Source: a virus
Lineage: Duplodnaviria; Heunggongvirae; Uroviricota; Caudoviricetes
Direction: 5' to 3' (one strand)
Length of the DNA: 64,000 bases
IMG/VR virus record: IMGVR_UViG_3300026980_000004
How positions within the stretch are numbered: the first letter of the stretch is position 1; each line of letters opens with the position of its first letter. Made by a program: the position numbers and the translations under genes. The notes under the pieces are model-generated. The model saw only the letters and a list, made by a program, of their open reading frames with translations. It was not told the DNA's origin and made no database searches. Below, piece by piece: positions 34,650-46,112 of the stretch.

Positions 34650-35447
34650 TTAAAGTGATTCTTTTAAATTATTTAATTTAATAATGTCATCAATTATTGT
34701 TTCATTATTATATTTGGATTCATTTAATTTTGTTTTAACCCTTTCTAATTTATTTGATATGTCTGGATTATCTTCTTTAACTAAAAGATTTTTAACCTTA
34801 TCTAGAGTTTCATTGATTAATGAGTCGTATAATTCTTTTTTATCTTGTTCGTTTTCTTTAATTAAAACCTTTAATATTCTTTTTTCACCCTCAGATAAAT
34901 GAGAATATTTTTTATTAAACTTATCAACAGCTGTTTTAAAAACAAAATCAAAATTCATGAATTTATCTTTGTATTCTTCGAAAATTGATTTACTCTCATT
35001 TAAATTATTACTCTCGTTTTTTATATAATTTAAAACAGTTTCAAAAGATTCGTGTAATTTATCGATATTTTTGTAATTATTACCTTGTGCATTTTCAATG
35101 ATAATATATGATATTGATTCGTATAAATTCTTTTTATCATCGGTAATATCAAAATCCCTAACGTATTTATTTAGTTTATTATTTTCTTCGATAATTTCTT
35201 TTTTTGTATATTTTTTTAACAACGATATATTTTCATCAATATATCTGGTTGCCAATAGATCATCTTTTATTTTCTTATTTTCAAGATTCTTATATACAAT
35301 ATATTCTAATGTTAGAATTGGTGATGATTTAACTACATTTAAGAAATCCTTTAAATCATTATTTAATTTGTTCTCATTCAAATAAAGAGATGTTGATGAT
35401 TTAACCAATGCATCCTTAATAAAACCAAAATTAATTTTATTACTCAT
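34650..35447 (-). CDS. hypothetical head-associated protein
   Basis: downstream of portal; late motif; several LNE/INE motifs. Confidence 0.7.
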   Translation of the reverse strand: MSNKINFGFIKDALVKSSTSLYLNENKLNNDLKDFLNVVKSSPILTLEYIVYKNLENKKIKDDLLATRYIDENISLLKKYTKKEIIEENNKLNKYVRDFDITDDKKNLYESISYIIIENAQGNNYKNIDKLHESFETVLNYIKNESNNLNESKSIFEEYKDKFMNFDFVFKTAVDKFNKKYSHLSEGEKRILKVLIKENEQDKKELYDSLINETLDKVKNLLVKEDNPDISNKLERVKTKLNESKYNNETIIDDIIKLNNLKESL

Positions 35448-35492
35448 TATATATTTTTTTTATAATTATAAATACTATTTTTTTAATAAAAG

Positions 35493-37274
35493 TTATTTTT
35501 TAATATTATTATCAATTTCATTAATAGATTTTAATGATTTTTCTAATAAATCTTTTGATTTATTTTGTGTCTCTGTATATTCATCAAATAATTTTTTTGT
35601 ATTTTCGAGTATTAAATTTCCTTTTTTATTTGATGATTCACCCATTTCAGGCATGGCTGGTGGCTCAGTTTGTGGACCCTCATCTCCTCCTAATTTTTCT
35701 AATGCGTCTTCACTACTAATTTCTTCACCTTCCGCTGGTTGTGATATTGGTTTTTCCCCAGGTTTTGTACCATACTTTTGGATAATATCTTCAAATACAC
35801 CACTATTTGTAAATAAATTTGTTGCATTTTGTAATTCTTGAATTACGACACGTTCCATCATTTGTTTTTCCAAATCTTTTATAATTTCATCATCACTCCA
35901 ATTTAATATATTTTTCTTTGCCCATGTATGTGATGTTGCTGCCATTCCAGAATCTTGGATAGATGTTAAATCATTAAATAATTGCATCTTATTCTGTAAT
36001 AGTTCAGTTTTTAATAATTCTGCCTGATTTGAAGGTGGTGACAAAGTTAATGAAAAATTATCAAGTTCATCTTCAAAACCAAGTAAATATAAATGAATAA
36101 TTGCGATTTTATTTAATTCTTGAATTATTGATTGTTGAATTCTATTTACCTTTTTTGAAAATCTCATATCCTGTTGCGCAAGATTTTTACCCTCACCCGC
36201 AGTATTTTGATAACCTAAAAACGGTTTGGGAACACCCAATGATGTAAATAAATTATCTCTTAAATATTCAATATCCGCAATTTTATCCAATGATTCACCC
36301 CCAGGTAATGTGTCTATAACTGTACCCGCATTACTATTCCTGACTGGTATGAAATAATCTTCATCGTTACCTAATATATTAAATCTATGATCAATATTAC
36401 CATTTTCTCTTCCAACTTGTGAACTTCTTTTAAATTTTGTTGCAACTTTTTGAATATAACCCTCAATATCATTTACATCTAAATTTCCGACATCTATCTT
36501 AAACACCCTTTTTTCACCAGCACGTAATATACGGTATGACAACATCGCATCTTCGGCCATAATTAATTGTCTCCAAATACGTCTTCCCTTATTTAATATA
36601 CTTGTACCATATGGATAATATTTATCATCACCAGCTAGTCTAAAATGTGCGATTTCCATTGGTGTATATTCCTCACCAGTATCTCTTCTTTTAAACCATA
36701 CCTTTAATTTGCCATTTATTATATCTTCGTGTCTTTCAACTTCGAATACGGGTAATTGTTTAAACATTGTTATTCCTTTGCCCTTTTCTGGTAACATATA
36801 AATAAAATTATCACCATATTTTGCCATAGTTCGAGTCCAAGAAACTAAATTTGTATTTATGTTTATAACTTCATGGAATAGATTCTCCAATACACTTTTA
36901 ATTCTATCAGATTTTGAGTATATATTTAAAATTTTACCATTTTCACCTAGTGTTGTTGCTTCTTCCGCATATAAATCCAAGGCTGCGGCAATCATTGGAT
37001 AGTATTCCATCCCCTCATAATCCATGAATGCTGGTAATCTTTGAGCCTCATATTGCATTGTTCTCTGCAACTGATTTTTCTCAACTTTATAGAATCTATT
37101 ATATAATTCCTGTTGTTGTTGTAAATCGAATTGTTTTTTTAGAACATCATCGGGTGTATCACCCTTTATTATAATTTTCTCTTCTTTCCTACCTAATTCA
37201 CCATCAAAACCACCTTTGAATAAAATAAAATCATTTAATTTATTAAATATTGATTTATTATTTGTATCTGACAT
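35493..37274 (-). CDS. portal protein (T4 gp20-like)
   Basis: AEDAMLSYRILRAGEKRVFKIDVGNL, EDYFIPVR, IDTLPGG, DIEYL..LF..LGVP. Confidence 0.92.
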   Translation of the reverse strand: MSDTNNKSIFNKLNDFILFKGGFDGELGRKEEKIIIKGDTPDDVLKKQFDLQQQQELYNRFYKVEKNQLQRTMQYEAQRLPAFMDYEGMEYYPMIAAALDLYAEEATTLGENGKILNIYSKSDRIKSVLENLFHEVININTNLVSWTRTMAKYGDNFIYMLPEKGKGITMFKQLPVFEVERHEDIINGKLKVWFKRRDTGEEYTPMEIAHFRLAGDDKYYPYGTSILNKGRRIWRQLIMAEDAMLSYRILRAGEKRVFKIDVGNLDVNDIEGYIQKVATKFKRSSQVGRENGNIDHRFNILGNDEDYFIPVRNSNAGTVIDTLPGGESLDKIADIEYLRDNLFTSLGVPKPFLGYQNTAGEGKNLAQQDMRFSKKVNRIQQSIIQELNKIAIIHLYLLGFEDELDNFSLTLSPPSNQAELLKTELLQNKMQLFNDLTSIQDSGMAATSHTWAKKNILNWSDDEIIKDLEKQMMERVVIQELQNATNLFTNSGVFEDIIQKYGTKPGEKPISQPAEGEEISSEDALEKLGGDEGPQTEPPAMPEMGESSNKKGNLILENTKKLFDEYTETQNKSKDLLEKSLKSINEIDNNIKK

Positions 37275-37340
37275 ATTGTAAAAACTTTTATATAAATACT
37301 TATGATAATCTCTAAAATCTATATTTTTTTATATTTTTTT

Positions 37341-37349
37341 GTATTTATA
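37341..37349 (+). promoter_or_regulatory. representative late-promoter-like motif (G/C)TATTTATA
   Basis: same sense-strand motif upstream of terminase, portal, sheath, tube, hub and others (17 sites, listed in findings). Confidence 0.75.
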
Positions 37350-37362
37350 GTAAATATACTAT

Positions 37363-40300
37363 ATGGAATATTGGAAAGATATTAAAATAAAAACTTTTAG
37401 CGGTAAGGTAAAAAAAATACTAGATTTTACACAAGAAGAATTAATTTATGAAAAGGTAAAATGTGCAACAGATCCGATATATGTAATTGAAACATATTTT
37501 AAAATTTTTGACCAGACTAAAAACAATGGTAAGGGTGAAATCGTTCCATTTATATTATTCCCATTTCAAAAAGATTTAGTTAAATCATATGAAAAAAATA
37601 GATTCAATATAACAAATAAATATAGACAGGCTGGTATATCGACAGTCACATGTGCATATTTGGCAACTTATATAGCATTTAACTCTAATAGATCGGTTGC
37701 AATTGTTGCAAATAAATTAGAAACAGCCAGAGATGAATTAATGAAGGATGTGACTGATTTTATTGATATGTTACCACCTTTTTTACATCCGAAAATTGCT
37801 GGTAAGGATGCTGCAAACCATAAAAGATATGGGAATGGGAGTCAGGTAAAGGCATTTGCGACAAATTCATTACGTGGATATACACCAACATTTTTATTTT
37901 GGGATGAATCAGCTTGGTGTGATAATGGTGAGGATTTTTGGACTGGTACTTTACCAACATTATCAACGGGTGGTAATGCTGCACTTGTATCTTGTGTTAG
38001 TAAAGATACTATGGTTTGGTCTGATGATGGATTAAACGAAATGACCGATTTTATTGATTTAAAAAAAACCGATTCCTATGTGATTGATGAATATAATATA
38101 CTTGGAAGATTTAATAAAAGAAAGGGTCATATAATCAAAAACAACGGATTTGGTAAAACAAAAAAAATACTATCAGAACATGTTTCTTTAGAGGGTACTT
38201 TATCTCACAAACTATGGACATATAATAATCACAACGGTAAGATTGGTTATCAACCATTGAATAGAGTTAATAAAGAATCATATATTGCACTTCAATTCGG
38301 CTCAAAATCTTTTGGTACATTTGATACGATTAAATATTTACCCATATTTGCTAGTAGTGACTATTTTAATTATAAATTAACTAATAAATTTTCAAAATTA
38401 TTAGCATTGGTTTATATAAAAGGTAATGTAGTTACAGCAATTAGAAATAGAAAACCATATACAACAGTTACCATAGATAAAATAACTGAATATGATAGGA
38501 ATATCATAAATGAATTTATGGATGAGTTTAACAATGATTACCCAGAATATAAGATATTAGAAAAGGATGTTAAGTTTTCAGACAATACCTATGTTTTAAC
38601 ACATCAATCTGTTACATATATTTTTAATTATCTGGATTTGAATTTTACTGGTGTAAATAATACAATATATTCAAGACCCTTCACAAAACTAATAAAAAAA
38701 TTCAGAGGTGATTTATTATTTACTTTTGCCAAAGAATATATTAACCAAATTGAAGATAAGATAATTCAAGATGGTAAATTTATGGTTAAAATAAATACGA
38801 TCACAATAGGTAGACAAATACAACAAATTTTATTGAATTGGGGTATTGTTTGTGGATATAATGATTATGTTGATTTAACTGGAAAATCTCAGGGTGATAG
38901 ATATTTATCAATTGATTTGGATTATGATTATTTTATGGATAACGATAATTTTGATCATAAATTATTTGACCAATATCTACCATTGGGGATTATGCATAAT
39001 GTCAGAGAATTATTAATTAAAAATAATCTAGAACTACCATTTGGTAAATATACTAAATTTCAATTAATTGATATTGTTGATAGGGTTAAAGATTTAGTAA
39101 ATAAAGATGATCTTGTTGTTATCAGTAGGATATTAGCAAAAGATATATATTGGTCCAAAGTATATAAAACAATAAAAGGATATAATCAAACATATGATTT
39201 TTCATTACCAAACAATGATGATGATTTTTGGGCACATTCTGTTATATATAATGGTATTATTGGACATCAAACACCCAATGGGCTTGATCCTGTTTTTTAT
39301 AAAACATTCAATAATGCAAAGAATGGAATGAATGATTTTATCGCCAATGAATTGTATTGGTATTTAGACCCAAGATATTCAATTGGTTTAAAATGGAAAA
39401 AGAAAAATGATGATGGTGTTGAAATTGAAAAGATTGAAAACGACCCAAAAAAATTTAAGAAATTATTATCGCATGGTTGGTCACCTTGGTCACCTTGGTT
39501 TGAATCGATGTCATCACAATTTAATTATGATAAAAAGCGTATAGCTCAAGAAATTTTAGGGTCATTTTTAGGTTCTGGTAATAATTTTATTGATGAAGTT
39601 CATATTAAAAGAATTGAAGAGGGTGAAATTTGTGATCCAATTAGGATGGAATATGATGACTTTTTTTGGATATGGGAAGATCCGATTAAAGATAAATTAT
39701 ATGTGATGACTGTAGATGTTAGTACTGGTGCTGGTGATGATTTTAGTACAATAATTATATTAAAACAAGAAGAAACACATTTAGAGCAAGTTGCAGAATT
39801 TAAACATAAAGTAAGTCCAGATACATTGGGTGTTATTTCGAATGATTACGGTAAAAGATATAACAATGCATTTGCAATTGTTGATATTACTGGTGGTATT
39901 GGTGCTATGACGGCAAAAACAATGTTAGATTTAGGATATAATAACATGTATTATACTGTAAACAGACATGAACCAACAAAAGAAAAGTTGAGTGATTATC
40001 TAAAAGAAGATGAAAATGGTAAAACATTAGTACCTGGTTTCGTTATAACAACGTCAAATAGAGGTATGGTATTAACCGAAATGAAAAGAGCAATTGAATC
40101 TAGTGAAATTATGATTAAATCATATAGATTGATTTCGGAATTTAAAACATTTATTACAACACCAAACAGTAGAATTGCCGACCACAGGAGAAGTTTTAAC
40201 GATGATTTGATTATTGCATTAGCAATGGGTATATATGTATTTTCATATGATATTAAATCTGTTGGTATTTCAATTGAAAAAACAAAAACAATGTTATCGG

Positions 40301-40428
40301 CAATAACGACAAGTACTAAAGATTATAAAACTGGTGAAGAAATAAACAATAATAACAATAGAACAAATCCAAATAATCATTATGTTGCTAACAACTGGTT
40401 ATTTAAAGGTTTAAAAGGTTTTAGGTAA
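37363..40428 (+). CDS. terminase large subunit with intein
   Basis: KYRQAGIST, FLFWDE, VS|intein|TPNG, AQEI..SFLGSG, VDVSTGAGDDFS, NDDLIIALA. Confidence 0.93.
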   Translation: MEYWKDIKIKTFSGKVKKILDFTQEELIYEKVKCATDPIYVIETYFKIFDQTKNNGKGEIVPFILFPFQKDLVKSYEKNRFNITNKYRQAGISTVTCAYLATYIAFNSNRSVAIVANKLETARDELMKDVTDFIDMLPPFLHPKIAGKDAANHKRYGNGSQVKAFATNSLRGYTPTFLFWDESAWCDNGEDFWTGTLPTLSTGGNAALVSCVSKDTMVWSDDGLNEMTDFIDLKKTDSYVIDEYNILGRFNKRKGHIIKNNGFGKTKKILSEHVSLEGTLSHKLWTYNNHNGKIGYQPLNRVNKESYIALQFGSKSFGTFDTIKYLPIFASSDYFNYKLTNKFSKLLALVYIKGNVVTAIRNRKPYTTVTIDKITEYDRNIINEFMDEFNNDYPEYKILEKDVKFSDNTYVLTHQSVTYIFNYLDLNFTGVNNTIYSRPFTKLIKKFRGDLLFTFAKEYINQIEDKIIQDGKFMVKINTITIGRQIQQILLNWGIVCGYNDYVDLTGKSQGDRYLSIDLDYDYFMDNDNFDHKLFDQYLPLGIMHNVRELLIKNNLELPFGKYTKFQLIDIVDRVKDLVNKDDLVVISRILAKDIYWSKVYKTIKGYNQTYDFSLPNNDDDFWAHSVIYNGIIGHQTPNGLDPVFYKTFNNAKNGMNDFIANELYWYLDPRYSIGLKWKKKNDDGVEIEKIENDPKKFKKLLSHGWSPWSPWFESMSSQFNYDKKRIAQEILGSFLGSGNNFIDEVHIKRIEEGEICDPIRMEYDDFFWIWEDPIKDKLYVMTVDVSTGAGDDFSTIIILKQEETHLEQVAEFKHKVSPDTLGVISNDYGKRYNNAFAIVDITGGIGAMTAKTMLDLGYNNMYYTVNRHEPTKEKLSDYLKEDENGKTLVPGFVITTSNRGMVLTEMKRAIESSEIMIKSYRLISEFKTFITTPNSRIADHRRSFNDDLIIALAMGIYVFSYDIKSVGISIEKTKTMLSAITTSTKDYKTGEEINNNNNRTNPNNHYVANNWLFKGLKGFR
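37993..39270 (+). mobile_element. intein (426 aa) ending in His-Gln, with degenerate LAGLIDADG region
   Basis: CVSKDT block A, GTLSHKLW block B, TYDFSLP...HSVIYNGIIGHQ|T blocks F/G. Confidence 0.9.
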
Positions 40429-40448
40429 CTATTTATATATAAATTTTT

Positions 40449-43400
40449 ATGTCATCAATAAAATTATTAGATCCAACAACACAAGATTTTGCAGGTAATA
40501 CAAATTATCAGAATTTGTTTATTTTTGTTGATTTTACTGCAACCAGAAAAGGTCGTACAGTTTTAAACAATGAAAACGATAATATTACAACCGATCAGGT
40601 TAATGTGAATTTTATGGGTTATAATCAGAGTAAATCCAAAAATAATAAAATATTTACAACTGATTATTCTAAAATTTACGATGTTAATGATAATACATAT
40701 GAGGGTTTTGGTATTACAAATATTGAAATTGAAACAAATTCATCATATGTACCAAAGGTTTTTATTGAATTTGTTGATATAAAGGGTATGTCCTTTTTTA
40801 ATAAACGGGAGTCATCACCATATTCAATTCTATTTGATTTTCCACCTCCAATCTTTAATTTAAAAATTAAAGGATACTATGGGAAAACAATCGAATATAA
40901 ATTACACCTTATTAGTCAAAATACTAGATTTGAGTCTCAAACAGGTAATTATTATATTAAGGCTGAATTTGTTGGTAATACTTTTGCACCTTTAACAGAT
41001 ATATTATTTCAAAACGTTTTAATGGTATCTAAATTAAATGATTTGGATGTACAAACAGATTCTTCAAAGGGTGTTGATAGTTTGGCTGGATTAGTTGCTA
41101 AATCTAAAGTAATTATTGATACTGTTGTAGATAAAATTAATGTTAGTGATGAATATAAGGATTTAATAAATATCGAAAATAGACTAAAAGATTATATCTT
41201 TGCGTTTAAAGATTTAAAAACTATTGACGATAATTATTCAATAATAAAAGTAGATAAAAATAAATTAAGTGTAGTAATATTAAACAATGATGATAGATAC
41301 GTAAAAATAAATAACGAATTTAAATTAAATCAATTAACAAATACAGATAAATTTGAATATTTTTTGGTTGGTAAGAATTTAAGTACGGTAGCTCCGACAC
41401 AGAGAACTGTTGAATTAAAAAATCTATATGATAACATATTTAGTGTTTTTAATATTGATAATAGTAAAATTATAACTAATAAAACATCAATTAAGTTAGA
41501 TAATAATAGTATTATAAAAATTGATGGGTTTGACATTATTAACTATATCTCATTAAACGAGAGTATTGATAAGGCTAACCAAATAAAAAATGATTCAGAT
41601 AGAGTATATTCTAATAGATTAAAATTACTAGATGATAAAGTAAAAAATGTTATTGAAAATGAACTTGGTTTTGTACCTACAGTAAAAAATGTATTTACAA
41701 TAATTGCAAACGATATTGATAAATGGATTAATGAATTATCTACTGTATATAATGAATCAAATAAATTTATTGAAAATAGAACCAATTTTAATAAAATTGT
41801 TAGTTTATATGGTAGTAATTCGGAAAATTTAACTAAGATTTATCCATTTCCTGATTTTATCGAGAATGGTAAAAAAACAATACCATCTGCGGATAAATTA
41901 CAAATGCCCGAAATTTTGTTTACTGATAAATTTATTAGAAAATTTATTGATTATAAAAATGAAGTAGAAACCCAAAATGCTTTAAAAGAATCCGTAATAC
42001 CAACGGATAACAACCGAAATGTATGGTTTCCAATTAACCCAACGGATAGTACTTTTTTGAATGGTTATAATTTTAATTTCCCATATAGAAATGTTGTAAC
42101 AGTTAAAAGTATTTTAAATAATTTATTTGCAAGGATTTATGTTTATAGTTTTTATACGAATGGTTTAAATAACACATTTAATAGAAATGACTACAGAAAT
42201 TTTTCTTACTTTTTTAAAAATGAAAATGATGTTATTATTGGTCTAATAAATGATGATAAATTATTAAAATCATTAAAAAATGAATTAACAAATATTACAA
42301 ACGGAAATATATCCGATCAAATTCTAAATTATATTAATTTTGCCGAAATAAAAAAAATCATAAATAATATTTTAGAACAATTAAAAATTGAGACTAATAA
42401 TTTTAGTGGTTTATATTTCTTAAATAAAGAATTATTATTATCAACAGAAGAAAATGATAATTTTAAGTATAAAAATTATTATGATAAGGGTGATGTTGAT
42501 TATATTAATGATGATGAGTATGGATTTACAATAAACACTCAAAACAATATCGTATATTATGATGGTGGTACTAATAATGCTCAATCTAGTTTTGTGACAT
42601 TTAGAAATGATGATTATGATTCATTAGATAATATTATTACCCAATCGATTAAATTTGGATTGACTCGTGGTGAAAACCCAGTAAGACGTAACTCAGATAA
42701 AATTGATCTAGGACCAAATATTAATGATAGAATTTATGATTATTATGTTAGATATGATAATCCAGATAATTATAAAAAGGCATATGGGTTATTGAATATC
42801 ATATATATACCCAATGAAACGATAAGAGTTTTATTTGATACACCAACAATTGTTCAGTTGCCAATAATCGTTAAATTATATATATCCTCTCTTGTTTATG
42901 CGATTAATACTGAAGGTGTTTTAGAAGCTGATTTAGATTATTTTAATAATAATAACTATAAAAAGATTATTGACAATTCAAGTAATAAAGATTATATATA
43001 CATTTTATATGAAAATAATGATCTAAATCAAGATGTTAATAAATATAAAGAGAAAATTACTAATAATAGAGAATATATAATAAATAAATTAAAGAATTTA
43101 TCAGAAACAGATAAACAACAATATATTAATTTCTATAAAAATACTGTTGATTTATATTATAATAATATTGAGCAATTTTTTACAGATAATAAATTAATTG
43201 ATAATCAATTTAAATTTATAGATGATATTGATGAAATCAATACAGAAGAAATTGATATATTATTTGATAAGACGATTATTGTTAATAATAGCCAATTAAC
43301 ATATAATAATGATATTCAAAAAACATATAATGAGTTGTTTTTAGAAGAAACAATCGAAAATAATATTATTAACTTATTAAAAAACAATACATTTATATCT

Positions 43401-46112
43401 GGATTAACTACAGGTAATAATTTATTTGGGGGTATCGGAAGTTCATTAAATTCAAATAGTGGGTTAACTGGTTTATTTAAAGCAATAATCGATTTAATAA
43501 ATAATAAACCTTCTGAAGTTACTGAACAACAAAATTTAGGAATACAAGATGTTAGAATCGAAACATATTATTCATTTAAAAATTTTGTTGATAGATGGTT
43601 TACTACAAGTAATGAGAGTAATGATATGTCAAGTAGTATTTTATTTAATAATAACGATCTTGATAGTGATAACAATACTTTAATTAGTTTATTTAATTTT
43701 GTTGATAGGGCTTCAAATTCTGAAAATGCCGAAAATATCATAATTGATTTTACCATATTAAAAGAATTTGAAAATGATTATAATGTTAATATGTTGACCG
43801 TAATTGGTAAATTATTAAATGAAAATGGTTTTGAATTTTTTCCATTACAAAATTTTATCAATCAAGATAGGGATACATTTGATATTGAATCAATATTTAC
43901 ACCATATATACAATCAGTTAATGTATCTAATTTCGGTCCAAAATTTACATGTATGTATGTTGGTGGATATTCAAAATATCTCGATAGTGGATTTAACGCA
44001 AATACGACATTTAAAAATGATGGTATTATAAATATAACAGATGCGGCAGATATTAATGAATCTGAAAAAGCTGTTGGTTTTAGGGTTAAATTTGGTGATG
44101 GTAGACAATCCTTATTTATCGATATTGATTTAAATACCGAAGAATTTCAACCAACTAATGAGTCATTAAAAGCGATGAGTTTAATTTTAGATGGTAAAGA
44201 TAAGCCACCAGTTCCAATCGCACAAAATTTATATTCTACCTATGAGCAAAGAAGTTATACTTGTAAAATAAAAATGATGGGTAATGTTATGATACAACCA
44301 ACACAATTTTTTATGTTGGAAAATGTACCAATGTTTAGAGGTTTGTATCTAATATTAAAAGTTACACATAGTATTGAGGGTGAAACAAATACTATGTATA
44401 CAACATTTGAGGGTATTAGATTACCTAAAGAGAGTAGACCATTAATATTAAAACCATTTGATGTATATGTAAAAAGATTTTTAAATAAAAATCTTATTGA
44501 ACCAGATATTAATGAAGATGAAGAGACAACTCAGCAAGTCGATAACGTCATCAATGTCAATAAAGAAGATCGTGTAATACATTTAGTTTCAGGTCATAAC
44601 GAAACTAATACAGGTGCGATAAATGATGAAGTTACCGAACATGAATTAACAAAAGGATTTAAAGCTTTATTAAAATCGGAGTTAGATAATTTATCGATAA
44701 ATAATACAATTGATGATGATAATGATTCATTAACCGTTGTAATCAATAAATTAAACGAAATTGTAAATACAAATGATTTGGTAATTGATATTCATTTTAA
44801 TGCATCTACCGATCAGAGTGCAACAGGGACTGAAGTTTTCATAAAAGATACTGAAAGTGATGATATTATTAATATTGCAAAAAATATTGCAAATACAATT
44901 TCAGATAGACTTGATATACCATTAAGAAAAACAACAATAGAGAATGGATCATTACCTGCAGGTGTTAAAATACAATCAGAATCACAATATAGAAATTTAG
45001 CGATATTTGGTGTTAATGCAAATGTTTTATTGATTGAAATTTGTTTTATAACAAATGATAGTGATTACAGATCCTATTTATCAAACAAAGAAGTATTAGC
45101 AAGAAATATTATTAATATAATAAACGAAATATCAATAAGTGAAAATGATAAAAAAATAAGTACAGTTGAAACGTTTACCGTTTTAAACACACTAAAATAT
45201 ACTGCATTATTGGATAGGGGAAATCCGTATGAAATTACACAAAATCAATTGAGTGCTTTTAATAATTTAATTAAAGTAAATGATTTTACATATATACAAT
45301 CAAGTACAGAAGCTGGATTTACTAGTAAATTCACCAGTGGAACAAAATATACGGCAACTAAATTAAAAAGTTATTATCAAAATTTTCAAGATTATAGAGA
45401 TGATATTGGAAAACAAATTGAATTAACATCAAATAAATTTAAAATCGATTGGTTGGTTTTAGCAGGTTTATTATATATTGAATCAAAATTCAATCCTGTT
45501 GCAATAAGTAAAACGGGTGCATTTGGTATAAGTCAATTTATTTTATCATCGGGATTACTTGAGGTTTTAAGAATACTTGATAATAATAAAAATTTAAAAT
45601 CTGATGTAATTGTTTTTGACTCGACATCAAACACATATATTGAAAAGAATATATCATATAGTGAAATTATTGAAATATTATTCCAAAAAGAAGGGGTATA
45701 TAATGAGATTAATATACAATCATTATCAAGTGATAATATAACAAGAACTATAAAAAATTCTGGTTACATGAATAATTTGATTGATTCCATGTTTAATAAT
45801 CCATTTATTAGTATCGAATTAACTGGTATATATTTAAATCAATTACAGGGATATGTAAATACAAAAACAAATAAAAATTTGGGAATATTATCATTATCTT
45901 ATAATACTGGTAACTATAGAAATGAACAAATAACTGATACACCATATTTTACACACGTACTTAATTATTATAATAAAACGAATGATAATGTAATTAAAAA
46001 TAAATTAAATGGTAATTCAGAAAATGAGGGTATTAGATATCCAGAAAGATTATTAAATGAATATATTTCTAAATTTATAGATATTAATTTAGATAAATCA
46101 AGAATTATTTAA
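40449..46112 (+). CDS. large tail/baseplate hub protein with Amidase_3 and SLT lytic domains
   Basis: IHLVSGH..TEHE..DIHFNAS..GTEVF..LIEICFITN (about 44570-45120); LLYIESKFNPVAISKTGAFGISQF...LSYNTG (about 45410-45915). Confidence 0.85.
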   Translation: MSSIKLLDPTTQDFAGNTNYQNLFIFVDFTATRKGRTVLNNENDNITTDQVNVNFMGYNQSKSKNNKIFTTDYSKIYDVNDNTYEGFGITNIEIETNSSYVPKVFIEFVDIKGMSFFNKRESSPYSILFDFPPPIFNLKIKGYYGKTIEYKLHLISQNTRFESQTGNYYIKAEFVGNTFAPLTDILFQNVLMVSKLNDLDVQTDSSKGVDSLAGLVAKSKVIIDTVVDKINVSDEYKDLINIENRLKDYIFAFKDLKTIDDNYSIIKVDKNKLSVVILNNDDRYVKINNEFKLNQLTNTDKFEYFLVGKNLSTVAPTQRTVELKNLYDNIFSVFNIDNSKIITNKTSIKLDNNSIIKIDGFDIINYISLNESIDKANQIKNDSDRVYSNRLKLLDDKVKNVIENELGFVPTVKNVFTIIANDIDKWINELSTVYNESNKFIENRTNFNKIVSLYGSNSENLTKIYPFPDFIENGKKTIPSADKLQMPEILFTDKFIRKFIDYKNEVETQNALKESVIPTDNNRNVWFPINPTDSTFLNGYNFNFPYRNVVTVKSILNNLFARIYVYSFYTNGLNNTFNRNDYRNFSYFFKNENDVIIGLINDDKLLKSLKNELTNITNGNISDQILNYINFAEIKKIINNILEQLKIETNNFSGLYFLNKELLLSTEENDNFKYKNYYDKGDVDYINDDEYGFTINTQNNIVYYDGGTNNAQSSFVTFRNDDYDSLDNIITQSIKFGLTRGENPVRRNSDKIDLGPNINDRIYDYYVRYDNPDNYKKAYGLLNIIYIPNETIRVLFDTPTIVQLPIIVKLYISSLVYAINTEGVLEADLDYFNNNNYKKIIDNSSNKDYIYILYENNDLNQDVNKYKEKITNNREYIINKLKNLSETDKQQYINFYKNTVDLYYNNIEQFFTDNKLIDNQFKFIDDIDEINTEEIDILFDKTIIVNNSQLTYNNDIQKTYNELFLEETIENNIINLLKNNTFISGLTTGNNLFGGIGSSLNSNSGLTGLFKAIIDLINNKPSEVTEQQNLGIQDVRIETYYSFKNFVDRWFTTSNESNDMSSSILFNNNDLDSDNNTLISLFNFVDRASNSENAENIIIDFTILKEFENDYNVNMLTVIGKLLNENGFEFFPLQNFINQDRDTFDIESIFTPYIQSVNVSNFGPKFTCMYVGGYSKYLDSGFNANTTFKNDGIINITDAADINESEKAVGFRVKFGDGRQSLFIDIDLNTEEFQPTNESLKAMSLILDGKDKPPVPIAQNLYSTYEQRSYTCKIKMMGNVMIQPTQFFMLENVPMFRGLYLILKVTHSIEGETNTMYTTFEGIRLPKESRPLILKPFDVYVKRFLNKNLIEPDINEDEETTQQVDNVINVNKEDRVIHLVSGHNETNTGAINDEVTEHELTKGFKALLKSELDNLSINNTIDDDNDSLTVVINKLNEIVNTNDLVIDIHFNASTDQSATGTEVFIKDTESDDIINIAKNIANTISDRLDIPLRKTTIENGSLPAGVKIQSESQYRNLAIFGVNANVLLIEICFITNDSDYRSYLSNKEVLARNIINIINEISISENDKKISTVETFTVLNTLKYTALLDRGNPYEITQNQLSAFNNLIKVNDFTYIQSSTEAGFTSKFTSGTKYTATKLKSYYQNFQDYRDDIGKQIELTSNKFKIDWLVLAGLLYIESKFNPVAISKTGAFGISQFILSSGLLEVLRILDNNKNLKSDVIVFDSTSNTYIEKNISYSEIIEILFQKEGVYNEINIQSLSSDNITRTIKNSGYMNNLIDSMFNNPFISIELTGIYLNQLQGYVNTKTNKNLGILSLSYNTGNYRNEQITDTPYFTHVLNYYNKTNDNVIKNKLNGNSENEGIRYPERLLNEYISKFIDINLDKSRII

